Shown: positions 52,220 through 62,494 of the stretch, one piece after another
Layout: each line of letters starts with the position of its first letter
Position numbering within the stretch: position 1 is the first letter of the stretch
NCBI RefSeq assembly: GCF_001425055.1
Contig: NZ_LMDK01000012.1
Coordinates: 335,337-399,336, forward strand
Direction of reading: 5' to 3'
DNA: 64,000 nucleotides
Origin: Pelomonas sp. Root1237
GTDB lineage: Bacteria > Pseudomonadota > Gammaproteobacteria > Burkholderiales > Burkholderiaceae_C
Position numbers and translations under genes: made by a program
The notes under the pieces: model-generated
Database searches by the model: none
What the model was told of the DNA's origin: nothing
What the model saw: only the letters and a program-made list of their open reading frames with translations

Positions 52220-52596
52220 TCGAGTATTGCCAGGCAGGCCAGGCTGATGGCGTTGAGCACGGCTTCCTGTTCACCCAGCGGCGCATGGAGCAGCCATTGA
52301 ATGGCGTCGCCATGGCGCTCGCGCAGGCGGTCGAGCAGGGGCGGGATGTCACGGCGCACATGGCCACCGGTGCCGAGGAAGAGCGGCAGCACATGGACGC
52401 GTGTGCAGCCGGCCGCGGCCAGCTGCTCGGCCGCTTCCTCGATGCCGGGCGACATGAACTCAAGGTAAGCCATCGCCAACGGCGTGCCGGGACGCGCGGC
52501 GCGCAGCCGTTCGGCAATGGTCTCGAAGGGCCGCGCCCAGGCCGGATCGCGGGCGCCATGGGCGAAGAGCAGCAGGCCTTCCATCAGCGTCCGCAC
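52216..52596 (-). CDS. cbiX: Sirohydrochlorin chelatase CbiX (short form)
   Basis: LLLFAHGARDPAW and VLPLFLGTGGHV. ATGA overlap with cysB. Confidence 0.7.
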   Translation of the reverse strand: MRTLMEGLLLFAHGARDPAWARPFETIAERLRAARPGTPLAMAYLEFMSPGIEEAAEQLAAAGCTRVHVLPLFLGTGGHVRRDIPPLLDRLRERHGDAIQWLLHAPLGEQEAVLNAISLACLAILE

Positions 52597-52660
52597 GGCC
52601 GCCCGAAGGACGCTGGCGCCCCCTCGGGGGGCAGGGCACGAAGTGACCGTGGGGGCTTCA

Positions 52661-53788
52661 TCAGCGGTATCTGACGAGCCAGGTGAAGGCCGCCATCGAC
52701 AACCCGAGGTAGAGCAGGCTGGGCGTTGCCGCGACGACCCAGGGTGTCCAGTTCTTCAGCAGGCCCAGATGGCCGGTCACGTTGTTCAGCAGCACGAAGC
52801 TGATACCCAGCATGATGCCGCCGAAGACCTTGATGCTGATGCCGCCCGAGCGCCCATGCAGGTAGGCGAATGGCAGGGCCAGGGCCACCATGACGAAGCA
52901 GGCAAACGGATAGAAGGCCTTGCGCCAGAACTGGATGTTGTGCGCCTGGGCCGACTGCTCCTGGGCCGACAGATGCTTGGTGTAGCGGTAGAGCTCCAGC
53001 GTCGACATGGACATGGCCGGCAGCACGGCCGCGGCGATGACGCCGGCGTGCAGGGAACTCTGCCAGTCGAGCTTATCGAGCTGCTGCTCGCTGATGACGA
53101 CGTCGCCGACGCTGCCGCTGGCCGTGGCCGTGCCGGGGTTCCAGACCGTGCGCTTGACCGCCTGCAGATGCCACATGCCCTGAGCGTCGACGTCGACCTT
53201 TTCCGCTTCGGTGCGCGACATCAGCCGGCCTTCGGCGTCGAACTCGAAGATGCGCACGTCCTCCAGTTCACCGCCGCCGCCAACGCGGCCCACCTTGACT
53301 GAATAGCTGCGCTCCCGACCATCGATAGTCTGGTGGTCCTTCAGCCAGGCGCCGCGCTTGGCCGGGTTGCTGTCGTGCACGAAGCGGGCGCGCATCTCGT
53401 CCCCCTCGCGTTCGAAGCGCGGCGCCACGTAGTCGCCGACGAAGAAGGTGAGCGCCGCGAACGCGGCGGCCAGGCCGGCCAGCAGGGCCAGGGCCCGCGC
53501 GGGACCGAGGCCACCAGTGCGCAGGATGGTGAACTCGCTGCTCTGCGCCAGTCGGGCCAGGGCGACGATGGCGCCGATCAGCACGGCGATGGGGAATAGC
53601 TCGTAGAAGTGGCCAGGCAGCTCCATCGCTGCGAGCACGGCGGCCTTGCCCGCACCCGCGCCGACGCGGGTCATGCGCTCGATCTCGTCGACGAAGTCGA
53701 TAAAGAAGAACAGCGACAGGAAGGCCAGCGCGACCATCAGCACCGAACCGGCGATGTCCTTGTAGAGCAGGGCGCGGACGGTCCTCAT
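52661..53788 (-). CDS. lptG: LPS export ABC transporter permease LptG
   Basis: YjgP/YjgQ-family topology. It overlaps lptF (ATGA). Confidence 0.85.
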   Translation of the reverse strand: MRTVRALLYKDIAGSVLMVALAFLSLFFFIDFVDEIERMTRVGAGAGKAAVLAAMELPGHFYELFPIAVLIGAIVALARLAQSSEFTILRTGGLGPARALALLAGLAAAFAALTFFVGDYVAPRFEREGDEMRARFVHDSNPAKRGAWLKDHQTIDGRERSYSVKVGRVGGGGELEDVRIFEFDAEGRLMSRTEAEKVDVDAQGMWHLQAVKRTVWNPGTATASGSVGDVVISEQQLDKLDWQSSLHAGVIAAAVLPAMSMSTLELYRYTKHLSAQEQSAQAHNIQFWRKAFYPFACFVMVALALPFAYLHGRSGGISIKVFGGIMLGISFVLLNNVTGHLGLLKNWTPWVVAATPSLLYLGLSMAAFTWLVRYR

Positions 53789-54888
53789 GCCATCGCCTCT
53801 TTGCTTACGCGGCGGCGCAGGCAGAAGCGGTTGGCGTTGTCGCGCAGCCAGATGACGGCCAGGGCCAGGAACAGGGCACCGCCATGCACGGTCAGCAGGC
53901 CGCGGGGCAGGCTGGTGCGACCGTTGCCTACCCAGGACTGCGACAGGTTGATGAGATTGAAGTAGATGACGAAGGCCAGCAGCGCAAACAGCAGATTCCA
54001 GTTGCTGGCGCGGCGCGGGTTGGATGCCGACAGGCCGACGCCGAGCAGGGCCATGTTGAAGCCGGCGAGGATCATGCCGAAGCGCCAGGCCAGCTCGCCC
54101 TGGTTCTTGGGCGTGGGCAGGCGCAGCAGGTCCAACGTCGCCATGGCCTTGGGCGGCAGCTGGTTGGCATTGGCCAGCACCTGCGGGTCGGTCATCACCT
54201 TGTACTGCTCGAAGCGTGCCAGGCTTTTCTCGCCGGTCTTGAGCTGGCTCTCGTTGCGCTGGCCGTGATCCAGCACGAGGAAGCGGTCATCGCCTTCCAT
54301 CTCGAGATGGCCGCGGGCCGAGGTCGTCACCGACTCGCGTTCGTTCTGGTTGGCGAGGATGAAGACATTGCGGCCGGTGGCGGCGTTGTCGCCGTCGCGT
54401 TCGATGAAGAAGACCCGGCTGCCGTCGCGCGAGGTCTGGAACTGGCCCGGCGCCACGCGCGAGAGGTCGCCGCGCTTCTGATAACGGTCCCGCAATTCGG
54501 CGCTGTTCTGATTGCCCCAGGGCCAGACCAGCAGCTCGAGCACGATGACGCCGAGCAGCACCGGCCAAGCCATGCGCAGCACCGGGCGCACGAAGCGCGA
54601 CAGCGGCACGCCGCTGGCAAACCAGATCGTCATTTCCGACTCGCGATAGGAGCGGCTGAGCGTGATGACGACGGCAACGAACAGCGACAGGATGAGCATG
54701 GTCGCGAGGTGGGCGATGGTCGCGTAGCCCATCAACAGCACGACGTCCTGAGGCGCCACATTGCCCCCCGCGGCCTGGCCCAGCGTGCGGATCAGCGTCG
54801 ACGTCAACATGATGGTCAGGATGACCACCAGCGTGACGCCGAAGCTCTTGGCCAGCTCGGATCGCGTGGATGAATCGAATAACATCAA
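53785..54888 (-). CDS. lptF: LPS export ABC transporter permease LptF
   Basis: YjgP/YjgQ family. It is divergent from pepA, the conserved arrangement. Confidence 0.85.
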   Translation of the reverse strand: MMLFDSSTRSELAKSFGVTLVVILTIMLTSTLIRTLGQAAGGNVAPQDVVLLMGYATIAHLATMLILSLFVAVVITLSRSYRESEMTIWFASGVPLSRFVRPVLRMAWPVLLGVIVLELLVWPWGNQNSAELRDRYQKRGDLSRVAPGQFQTSRDGSRVFFIERDGDNAATGRNVFILANQNERESVTTSARGHLEMEGDDRFLVLDHGQRNESQLKTGEKSLARFEQYKVMTDPQVLANANQLPPKAMATLDLLRLPTPKNQGELAWRFGMILAGFNMALLGVGLSASNPRRASNWNLLFALLAFVIYFNLINLSQSWVGNGRTSLPRGLLTVHGGALFLALAVIWLRDNANRFCLRRRVSKEAMA

Positions 54889-54915
54889 AAGTACTTCTAC
54901 CTACTTCTGGTCATT

Positions 54916-56379
54916 ATGGACTTCAAGATTCAAACCGCTGAGCTCGATGGGCTCGCGGGCGCCGGTGCCGACGCCCTGGTCGTCGTGCTCGGCGGTGAGG
55001 CGCTGCCCAAGGGCCTGGATGCAGTGGTTGCCCGTCATGCGCAGGCGGCCATCAAGCTCGGCGACTTCGCGCTGAAAGGTGGCCAGGCACTCACGCTGAC
55101 CCACGCCGAAGGGGTCAAGGCGCCTCGCCTTGTCCTCGTCGCCAGCGGCAAGACGACGTTGGCTGCCGCGCGCGCCGCATTGGCTGCAGGCCTGGCGCAG
55201 ATCAAATCCCGTGGCGTGGTCAGCGCGGCTGTCGCGTTTGTGGGTTTCGATGCCGGCAACGTCGAATCGCTGGCCGAACAGACCGCCCTCGCGGCCACGG
55301 ATACGGTCTATGTCTACCGACACACCAAGCCCAGTGCGCCAGCAGCCCCCAAGCTGGCCAGGCTTGCCCTGCTGGTCGGCAAGGCTGACATCAAGACGGC
55401 CAAGGCCGGTCTGGCTCGTGGCGAAGCCATTGCCGCCGGCGTTGAACTGGCGCGGGAATGCGCCAACCGCCCGGCCAACTTCGCAACGCCGACCTATCTC
55501 GGTGAGGTCGTGCAGGGCCTGGGCAAGGCCCATGGCCTGAAGGTCGAGGTGCTGGACAAGAAGGCCGTCGAGAAACTCGGCATGGGCAGCTTCCTGTCGG
55601 TGGCCCAAGGCTCGGACGAGCCGCTGCGCTTCATCGTTGCCCGCTATGAAGGCGCGGCCAAGACGGTGGCGCCCGTCGTGCTGGTGGGCAAGGGCATCAC
55701 CTTCGACACCGGCGGCATCTCGCTCAAGCCCGGTGCCGAGATGGACGAGATGAAGTTCGACATGGGCGGCGCGGCCAGCGTCATCGGCACGCTGCGCGCC
55801 ATCGCCGAACTCAAGCCCAAGCTCAATCTGGTCATGATCGTCGCTGCCTGCGAGAACATGCCCAGCGGCCGCGCGATCAAGCCGGGCGACGTCGTCACGT
55901 CGATGTCCGGCCAGACCATCGAGATCCTGAACACCGACGCCGAAGGCCGACTCATCCTGTGCGATGCGCTGACCTATGCGGAGCGCTTCAAGCCCGCGGT
56001 CGTCGTCGACGTGGCGACGCTGACGGGCGCCTGCGTCATCGCGCTGGGCGGCGTGCGCAGCGGCATGTACGCCAGCGACGACGAACTCGCCGCTTCGTTG
56101 ACCGCAGCGGGCGACGCGGCCCTCGACCCTTGCTGGCGCATGCCGCTGGACGACGAGTACGCCGAAGGCCTGAAGAGCAACTTCGCCGACGTGCCCAATA
56201 TCGCCGGTCGCGCGGGCGGCTCGATCACGGCGGCCAAGTTCCTGCAGCGTTTCACCAGCAAGTACCGCTGGGGCCATCTCGACATCGCCGGCACGGCATG
56301 GAAGGGCGGCGCTGCCAAGGGCTCGACCGGCCGGCCGGTGGGCCTGTTGACGCACTTCGTGTTGAGTCACGCGAAGTAA
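54916..56379 (+). CDS. pepA: Leucyl aminopeptidase PepA
   Basis: M17 signature NTDAEGRL and a conserved C-terminal catalytic domain. Confidence 0.9.
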   Translation: MDFKIQTAELDGLAGAGADALVVVLGGEALPKGLDAVVARHAQAAIKLGDFALKGGQALTLTHAEGVKAPRLVLVASGKTTLAAARAALAAGLAQIKSRGVVSAAVAFVGFDAGNVESLAEQTALAATDTVYVYRHTKPSAPAAPKLARLALLVGKADIKTAKAGLARGEAIAAGVELARECANRPANFATPTYLGEVVQGLGKAHGLKVEVLDKKAVEKLGMGSFLSVAQGSDEPLRFIVARYEGAAKTVAPVVLVGKGITFDTGGISLKPGAEMDEMKFDMGGAASVIGTLRAIAELKPKLNLVMIVAACENMPSGRAIKPGDVVTSMSGQTIEILNTDAEGRLILCDALTYAERFKPAVVVDVATLTGACVIALGGVRSGMYASDDELAASLTAAGDAALDPCWRMPLDDEYAEGLKSNFADVPNIAGRAGGSITAAKFLQRFTSKYRWGHLDIAGTAWKGGAAKGSTGRPVGLLTHFVLSHAK

Positions 56380-56802
56380 GTGACCCTGCAGGTCAGTTTC
56401 TACAGCGACGCGGCGGACCCGCTGCACTTCGCCTGCCGCTTGATCCGTCGCGCCCTCGCGTCGGGCAAGCCGGTGGGTGTCTGCGTGGGGGCGGCGCAGG
56501 CAACTCGTCTAGACGAGTTGCTGTGGAGCTTCGACGCGGCGGATTTCATCCCGCATCGGCGTTGGGACGGCGCCACGGCGCCCGCGCCGGGCGAGGTCCT
56601 CTTGGTTGATGACGCGGCGCGTCTGCCACACCGCGGATTGCTGTTGAACCTGCGCGACGGCATGCCTTCGGATGCGCTTGCATTTGAACGCGTGCTGGAG
56701 GTCATCGGACAGGCCCCCGAGCGCGTTCAAGCTGGGCGTGCGCGCTATCGCGTCTACCAGCAGTCGGGAGCCAAGCTGGACCACTTTTCCGCGGCGGGTT
56801 GA
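56380..56802 (+). CDS. holC: DNA polymerase III subunit chi
   Basis: About 140 aa starting MTLQVSFY. The pepA-holC adjacency is conserved. Confidence 0.8.
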   Translation: MTLQVSFYSDAADPLHFACRLIRRALASGKPVGVCVGAAQATRLDELLWSFDAADFIPHRRWDGATAPAPGEVLLVDDAARLPHRGLLLNLRDGMPSDALAFERVLEVIGQAPERVQAGRARYRVYQQSGAKLDHFSAAG

Positions 56803-56919
56803 CAACGCTGCGTCCACGCTTTCCCGAATGAGAGCCCCCCGGATTTGGGGTATGTTCAATTGGTTGAAAAATCAACGGTTCTCTGTTTGTTCCTCTCTCT
56901 TTCAAACTGGAGTTGATCC

Positions 56920-58062
56920 ATGCAAATCAAGTTGAATATCGTGGTGGGTGCAGTCGCAGCACTGCTCAGCGGCGCTGCCATGTCGCAGGACCTGGTCGTC
57001 AAGATCGGCCACGTCGCACCGACCAGTGGCGCGATTGCCCACCTGGGCAAGGACAACGAACTGGGTGCCCGCCTCGCCATCGAGGACCTGAACGCCAAGG
57101 GCGTCATGATCGGCGGCAAGAAGGCCAAGTTCGAGTTGCTGGCTGAAGACGACGCCGGCGATCCGAAGCAAGGCACCGCTGCTGCGCAAAAGCTGGTCGA
57201 CTCCAAGGTCAACGGCGTCGTGGGTCACTTGAACTCGGGCACTTCCATCCCGGCCTCCAAGGTCTACAGCGACGCCGGCATTCCGCAGATCTCGCCGTCG
57301 GCCACCAACCCCAAGTTCACCCGCAACGGCTACAAGACGACCTTCCGCGTCGTGGCTGACGACGTGCACCTGGGTGGCACGCTGGGCCGCTACGCCGCCA
57401 AGGACCTGAAGGGCAAGTCCATTGCCGTCATCGATGACCGCACGGCCTATGGCCAGGGCGTTGCCGACGAGTTCGAAAAGGGTGTCAAGGGCGCGGGCGG
57501 GAAGATCGTCGGCCGCGAATTCACCAACGACAAGGCCACGGACTTCACCGCCATCCTGACCTCCCTGAAGGGCAAGAAGCCCGACGTCGTCTTCTTCGGC
57601 GGCATGGACGCCGTGGCCGGCCCGATGCTGCGCCAGATGAAGCAGCTTGGCATCGAAGCCAAGTTCATGGGCGGCGACGGCATCTGCTCGGGCGAACTGC
57701 CCAAGCTGGCCGCTGGCACGATGGCCGATGGCCAGGTCGTCTGCGCCGAAGCCGGTGGTGTCGAGGGCGAAGCCAAGAAGTCGATGGACGACTTCAAGGC
57801 CAAGTTCAAGGCCAAGTTCAACGTCGATGTGCAGATCTACGCGCCGTACGTCTATGACGCCGTCAATGTGATGGCGGCTGCCATGGTCAAGGCCGGTTCG
57901 GCTGACCCGGCCAAGTACCTGCCTGTGCTGGCCAAGACGGCCGGCTACAAGGGTGTGACCGGCACCATCGCCTTCGACGAGAAGGGCGACATCAAGAACG
58001 GCGCCCTGACGCTGTTCACCTACAAGGGCGGCGCCCGCGAGCAGATCGCGGTCGTGCGCTGA
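56920..58062 (+). CDS. Branched-chain amino acid ABC transporter substrate-binding protein (LivJ/LivK-like)
   Basis: Signal peptide followed by a type-I periplasmic binding fold (KIGHVAPTSGAIAHLGKD). Confidence 0.85.
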   Translation: MQIKLNIVVGAVAALLSGAAMSQDLVVKIGHVAPTSGAIAHLGKDNELGARLAIEDLNAKGVMIGGKKAKFELLAEDDAGDPKQGTAAAQKLVDSKVNGVVGHLNSGTSIPASKVYSDAGIPQISPSATNPKFTRNGYKTTFRVVADDVHLGGTLGRYAAKDLKGKSIAVIDDRTAYGQGVADEFEKGVKGAGGKIVGREFTNDKATDFTAILTSLKGKKPDVVFFGGMDAVAGPMLRQMKQLGIEAKFMGGDGICSGELPKLAAGTMADGQVVCAEAGGVEGEAKKSMDDFKAKFKAKFNVDVQIYAPYVYDAVNVMAAAMVKAGSADPAKYLPVLAKTAGYKGVTGTIAFDEKGDIKNGALTLFTYKGGAREQIAVVR

Positions 58063-58080
58063 TTCGGATTCGCGTCCAGA

Positions 58081-58105
58081 ACGCCCGCCTCGGCGGGCGT
58101 TTTTC
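58081..58105 (+). terminator. Rho-independent terminator after the livJ-like gene, followed by a second hairpin at 58110-58133
   Basis: cgcccgcc-tcg-gcgggcg followed by TTTTT. Confidence 0.7.
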
Positions 58106-58666
58106 ATGACGAACCCGCCCTTGGCGGGTTCGTCGCTTTGAGGAACTCCGAAATGGGATCGATCAGATTCAAGGACGACAAAGGAGTGCTCGTTGCGACA
58201 AGCCTTACGGCCGATCGTGAATACTGCCCAGAAAATAAGCAGGGCAATATTTGATTTGCTCGAAAACCGGACCTCGCCGCCGCAAGAGCGCATGAATCGG
58301 GTTTCGTCGGATTTCAATGTGACGCCTGTGCGTTTCGCACGTTTTGCAGCGGCTGGCGCCATCCCTGTCATGGTGTTGTCGCCCGCTTTCGGTTCTACTG
58401 CGGCCCGTTGTGAAAATGACCGCGGCGGAGACCTCGCGGGCTGCGGCACGACGCGGATTCAAGGGGCAAGCACCCTCTAAACGGGGGGCTTTCAAGCCAG
58501 GGGGCCAGAGGCATGATGCCGGCGCGATCAAGGGTTGGTCGGATATGTCCGTTGCGGCGTGTGGCCGAAACGGGCATTCAGAGCCGGCCGGGCGGTCTCC
58601 GAGGAGGTCTGCGCAGTCGAGGTTGTCATCGAGGTGGCGATACGGCAGGCGGTCTCCGCGCTAGGG

Positions 58667-58702
58667 TGAATGGAATATCGATATTGATTCGAATTCCATT
58701 GA
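58667..58702. promoter_or_regulatory. AT-rich inverted repeat (aatggaat-N16-attccatt) in the 600-bp leader upstream of the PEP-CTERM sugar transferase
   Basis: Perfect 8-bp arms at 58669-58676 and 58693-58700 (9 of 10 if extended). The spacer contains ATCGAT, and local GC is far below the genome average. Confidence 0.4.
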
Positions 58703-58744
58703 TCGGATTGCAGATGCGGGAACGCCAGTAGTAATGATCGGGGA

Positions 58745-60133
58745 ATGCAAATGATTCGAATATTCAACCATTACCTGCATAAGCAGACCTTGCTTCAGGT
58801 CTTCTTCGATCTCGGCCTGATAGTTTTCGCCGTCATTGCGGTCGTGCTCAGCCAAGGTGAGTCGGCGCAGATGGTGCTGCCGTTCGCGGCGTCGCACGGC
58901 CTGTCACTGGCCGGTTGCATGTTCGTGATCAATTCGGCTACGGGCTTCTACCAGCATGTGCACAACCGCTCGATCACGGAGTCCTGCGCCCGGGCCCTGT
59001 TCGGGCTGCTGTTTGGCCTGCCGCTGGCCTATGCCATCTTCAGCCTGGTGCCTTCGAACACCAGCCACCGCGACATGCTGACCCTGGTTGCCATGAGCGC
59101 TGTCGCCGCAGTCATGGTGCATCGTGTCTATGCGGCCCATTCGGGTACTCAGGCACGCATGCGCAGCCGCATCCTGATCTTCGGCACCGGCATTGCGGCG
59201 CGCTCCGTCGGCAATACCTTGCGCGCCTCCGATCCGCATGCGCAGATCGTCGGTTTCTACGCCGGCCCCAACGAGGACCAGCCCGAAGTGCCGCGCGCCG
59301 AGATCATCAATGACGGCGCCAACCTGACCGAAGCTGCGCTCAAGCACAACGTCGACGAGATCGTCGTGGCCCTCAGCGAGCGCCGCGGCGGCAGCATGCC
59401 GTTGCGGCAACTGCTGGATTGCAAGCTGTCCGGCGTGCGCGTGGTGGATATCGCCACCCACTTCGAGAAGACACTGGCCCAGATCAACATCAAGCATGTC
59501 AATGCCGGTTGGCTGGTGTTTGGCGACGGCTTCAGCCAGGGCATGCTGCGCGCCGCGATCAAGCGCGTGTGCGACATCGTCTTCGCCGCGCTGATTCTGG
59601 CGGTGACCTGGCCCATCATGCTGATCACGGCCCTGGCCATCCGCTTCGAATCGCGTGGGCCGATGCTCTACCGTCAGGAGCGGGTGGGGCTGAATGGTGT
59701 GCCCTTCAACGTCATCAAGTTCCGCAGCATGCGCACCGATGCTGAAAAGGACGGCAAGCCGCGTTGGGCCACCAAGAACGACGACCGCGTGACGCGTATT
59801 GGTCGCTTCATCCGCAAGGTTCGCATCGACGAACTGCCCCAGCTCTTCAATGTGCTGTGGGGCGAGATGAGCATGGTCGGCCCGCGCCCGGAGCGCCAGT
59901 TCTTCGTCGACGAACTCATCAGCAAGATCCCCTATTACGCTGTGCGCCACAGCGTGAAGCCGGGCGTCACGGGTTGGGCCCAGGTGCGCTATGAGTACGG
60001 CTCGACCATCGAAGACTCGGTCGAGAAGCTGCAGTACGACCTGTACTACGTCAAGAACCACTCCCTCTTCCTTGATCTGCTGATCATGCTGGAGACGGTG
60101 GCCGTGGTGCTGACTGGCAAGGGCGCTCGCTGA
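58745..60133 (+). CDS. PEP-CTERM/exosortase-system-associated bacterial sugar transferase (EpsB-like, TIGR03013-type)
   Basis: The N-terminus M(QM)IRIFNHY is typical. The C-terminal sugar-transferase domain carries KFRSM, WGEMSMVGPRP and PGVTGWAQV. The start is 58745 or 58751. Confidence 0.8.
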   Translation: MQMIRIFNHYLHKQTLLQVFFDLGLIVFAVIAVVLSQGESAQMVLPFAASHGLSLAGCMFVINSATGFYQHVHNRSITESCARALFGLLFGLPLAYAIFSLVPSNTSHRDMLTLVAMSAVAAVMVHRVYAAHSGTQARMRSRILIFGTGIAARSVGNTLRASDPHAQIVGFYAGPNEDQPEVPRAEIINDGANLTEAALKHNVDEIVVALSERRGGSMPLRQLLDCKLSGVRVVDIATHFEKTLAQINIKHVNAGWLVFGDGFSQGMLRAAIKRVCDIVFAALILAVTWPIMLITALAIRFESRGPMLYRQERVGLNGVPFNVIKFRSMRTDAEKDGKPRWATKNDDRVTRIGRFIRKVRIDELPQLFNVLWGEMSMVGPRPERQFFVDELISKIPYYAVRHSVKPGVTGWAQVRYEYGSTIEDSVEKLQYDLYYVKNHSLFLDLLIMLETVAVVLTGKGAR

Positions 60134-60195
60134 GCGCGGCGGCGCTTCGGCGTAAGCGCCGATGCCCGAACGCCAGGGGCATGCTTGAATGATGC

Positions 60196-62349
60196 ATGTC
60201 TCTTGTCGCCGATTTGGACTCTGCCCCGGGCGCCATGATTGAGGCGCTGGCTCCCTTCCTCTCCTTGAGCAGCCTTGGCGATCTGATCTGCTGTGCGGCC
60301 TACGGGCTGTTCGCGCTCTACTTCGCGCAGCGGCTGCTGCGGGGCAGCATGCCCGTCTCCGTGCTCGCCATGGTGTTCCTGGCGGCGCTGACAGCCAGTT
60401 CGATCTGGGCCGGCCTGGCGCTGATGGATGAACTGAGGCATTGGTCCGACCGCTTGCCGACCTGGGTCGTTCCGGGCCTTGACCTGCTGCGCATCAGCTT
60501 CTGGTTTGCCTTCATGCTGATGCTGCTCCCGCCACCGCGGCGGGGCGGTGGCCTGGGTTGGTTGCGTCCGCTCGCGGTCGTCGCGGTGCTGGCGCGCCTG
60601 GTGTTGCTCCTGGTCGGCGAGAGCGTACCGGCGGAGAGCCTGGCTCGTCCCCAGGCCTTCGCCGCCTTGGGCTTGGCAGTGCTGGGCCTTGTGATGGTCG
60701 AGCAGATGCTGCGCAATGCGACCGGCGACGCGCGATGGAATGCCAAGCCGGTCTGCCTGGGGCTGGGTGCCATCTTTGTCTTCGACCTCTTCATCGGGTC
60801 GCAGGCCGCGCTGTTCCAGCGTTTTGACGGTGACGCGATCAGCGTTCGCTCGCTGGTCCATGCCGCGGCGGTGCCGCTGCTCTATGTGGCGTCCCGCCGC
60901 TATGCCGACTGGCTCGGCAGGCTGCATGTGTCGCGGGCGGCGGTCTTCCATTCGGCGACGCTGCTACTGGTCGGCGTCTACCTGCTGATGGTGGCCGGCG
61001 TGGGCTACTACGTGCGCTACACCGGCGGCGAGTGGGGGCGGGCGCTGTCCGTAGCCCTGGTTTTCGTCGCGCTGGTGGCACTGACGCTGCTGATGGCCTC
61101 CGGGTCGATGCGTTCGCGCCTGCGTGTCTACATCAGCAAGAACTTCTTCAGCTATCGCTACGACTACCGCGAGGAGTGGCTGCGGTTCACCCAGCTCTTG
61201 TCCGGCAGCGCAGAACCCCAGCACACGGCCGAAACCGTGGTGCGCGCCCTCGCCAACCTGGTCGAAAGCCCGAGCGGCATGCTGTGGTTGCCGCGTGCCG
61301 CGGGTGGCGACTTCGTGCAGGCCGCCCGCTGGAACCTGCCCGCCGAACTGGGCAGCGAGGCGCACGATGGCCCGCTGGCGACGTTCTGGCGCGAGCGCGC
61401 CTGGATCGTCGACGTGGATGAGTGTCGTGAACGCCCTGAGGCCTACCCCGGCCTCGAATTGCCGGCCTGGCTGGCCGAGGAGCCACGTTGCTGGCTGCTG
61501 GTGCCCCTGCTGGTGCGCGAAGCCTTGATCGGTTTTGCGGTATTGGGGCGGCCGCGTGTGGTCGTCGAGGTGAACTGGGAGGTGCGCGACCTGCTGCGCA
61601 CGGCCGCCAGCCAGGCGTCAGGCTATCTGGACCAGGCCCAGGCCACGGAGGCGTTGCTGGAGGCGCGCAAATTCGATGCCTTCAACCGCATGTCGGCTTT
61701 CGTCGTGCACGACCTGAAGAACATCGTCACCCAGCTCTCGCTGATGATGAAGAACGCCAAGCGCCTGCGCGACAACCCTGAATTCCAGCAGGACATGCTC
61801 GATACGGTGGAGAACTCGCTGGAGAAGATGCGCCAGTTGATGCTCCAGTTGCGCGAGGGCGACAAGCCGCATGGCGTGACCAGCGGTGTCGACCTGGAGC
61901 AGATCGCCAAGCGCCTTGCGGCTGCGGCTTCCAGCAAGGGCAGGGTACTGGAATTGACGCTGCAGGGCGGTGTCAGCACGCGTGGGCATGCGGAGCGCGT
62001 GGAGCGCGTGCTTGGCCATGTCGTGCAGAACGCCTTCGATGCAACGCCCGCGAGCGGCCGGGTCTGCCTGACCCTGGATGCCCAGGGCAGCCAGGCGCGC
62101 GTTCGCGTGGAGGACAGCGGCTGCGGCATGAGCGAGGATTTCATTCAGAATCGCCTCTTCAAGCCGTTCCAGACCACCAAGGCCAGCGGCATGGGCATAG
62201 GCGCCCACGAGAGCTATCAATACATACAGGAACTGGGAGGCAAGATCAGCGTGCAGAGTGAATTGAACCGGGGCACCACCGTGACCCTGCTACTCCCGCT
62301 GTTCCATGCGCAGGCGGACGCACCCTTGACGGCGCTGGACGTTCAATGA
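60196..62349 (+). CDS. prsK: PEP-CTERM system histidine kinase PrsK
   Basis: A multi-TM N-terminus, a GAF-like middle and an HK core (HDLKN H-box, HATPase). It is adjacent to prsR. Confidence 0.8.
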   Translation: MSLVADLDSAPGAMIEALAPFLSLSSLGDLICCAAYGLFALYFAQRLLRGSMPVSVLAMVFLAALTASSIWAGLALMDELRHWSDRLPTWVVPGLDLLRISFWFAFMLMLLPPPRRGGGLGWLRPLAVVAVLARLVLLLVGESVPAESLARPQAFAALGLAVLGLVMVEQMLRNATGDARWNAKPVCLGLGAIFVFDLFIGSQAALFQRFDGDAISVRSLVHAAAVPLLYVASRRYADWLGRLHVSRAAVFHSATLLLVGVYLLMVAGVGYYVRYTGGEWGRALSVALVFVALVALTLLMASGSMRSRLRVYISKNFFSYRYDYREEWLRFTQLLSGSAEPQHTAETVVRALANLVESPSGMLWLPRAAGGDFVQAARWNLPAELGSEAHDGPLATFWRERAWIVDVDECRERPEAYPGLELPAWLAEEPRCWLLVPLLVREALIGFAVLGRPRVVVEVNWEVRDLLRTAASQASGYLDQAQATEALLEARKFDAFNRMSAFVVHDLKNIVTQLSLMMKNAKRLRDNPEFQQDMLDTVENSLEKMRQLMLQLREGDKPHGVTSGVDLEQIAKRLAAAASSKGRVLELTLQGGVSTRGHAERVERVLGHVVQNAFDATPASGRVCLTLDAQGSQARVRVEDSGCGMSEDFIQNRLFKPFQTTKASGMGIGAHESYQYIQELGGKISVQSELNRGTTVTLLLPLFHAQADAPLTALDVQ

Positions 62350-62494
62350 GCGCCGCGCCGGGCCGTCTCAAGCAAGCTCGCTCCCGCCTGGCGGGAGTGA
62401 GCCCGGACACGGGATGCCCTGTGGGCATCCCGTGCCTGGCGAACGCCTGGCCGCGCTGTCGGTCAGGCAAGGCCGCAGGCCGAAGGGTGCACCT

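Noticed and set aside
56803-56919. A small inverted repeat, ttgaaaaatcaa, in the holC-livJ intergenic region
   Set aside because: It is short and AT-rich and could be a promoter -35 region or a chance palindrome. The evidence is insufficient to call a regulator site.
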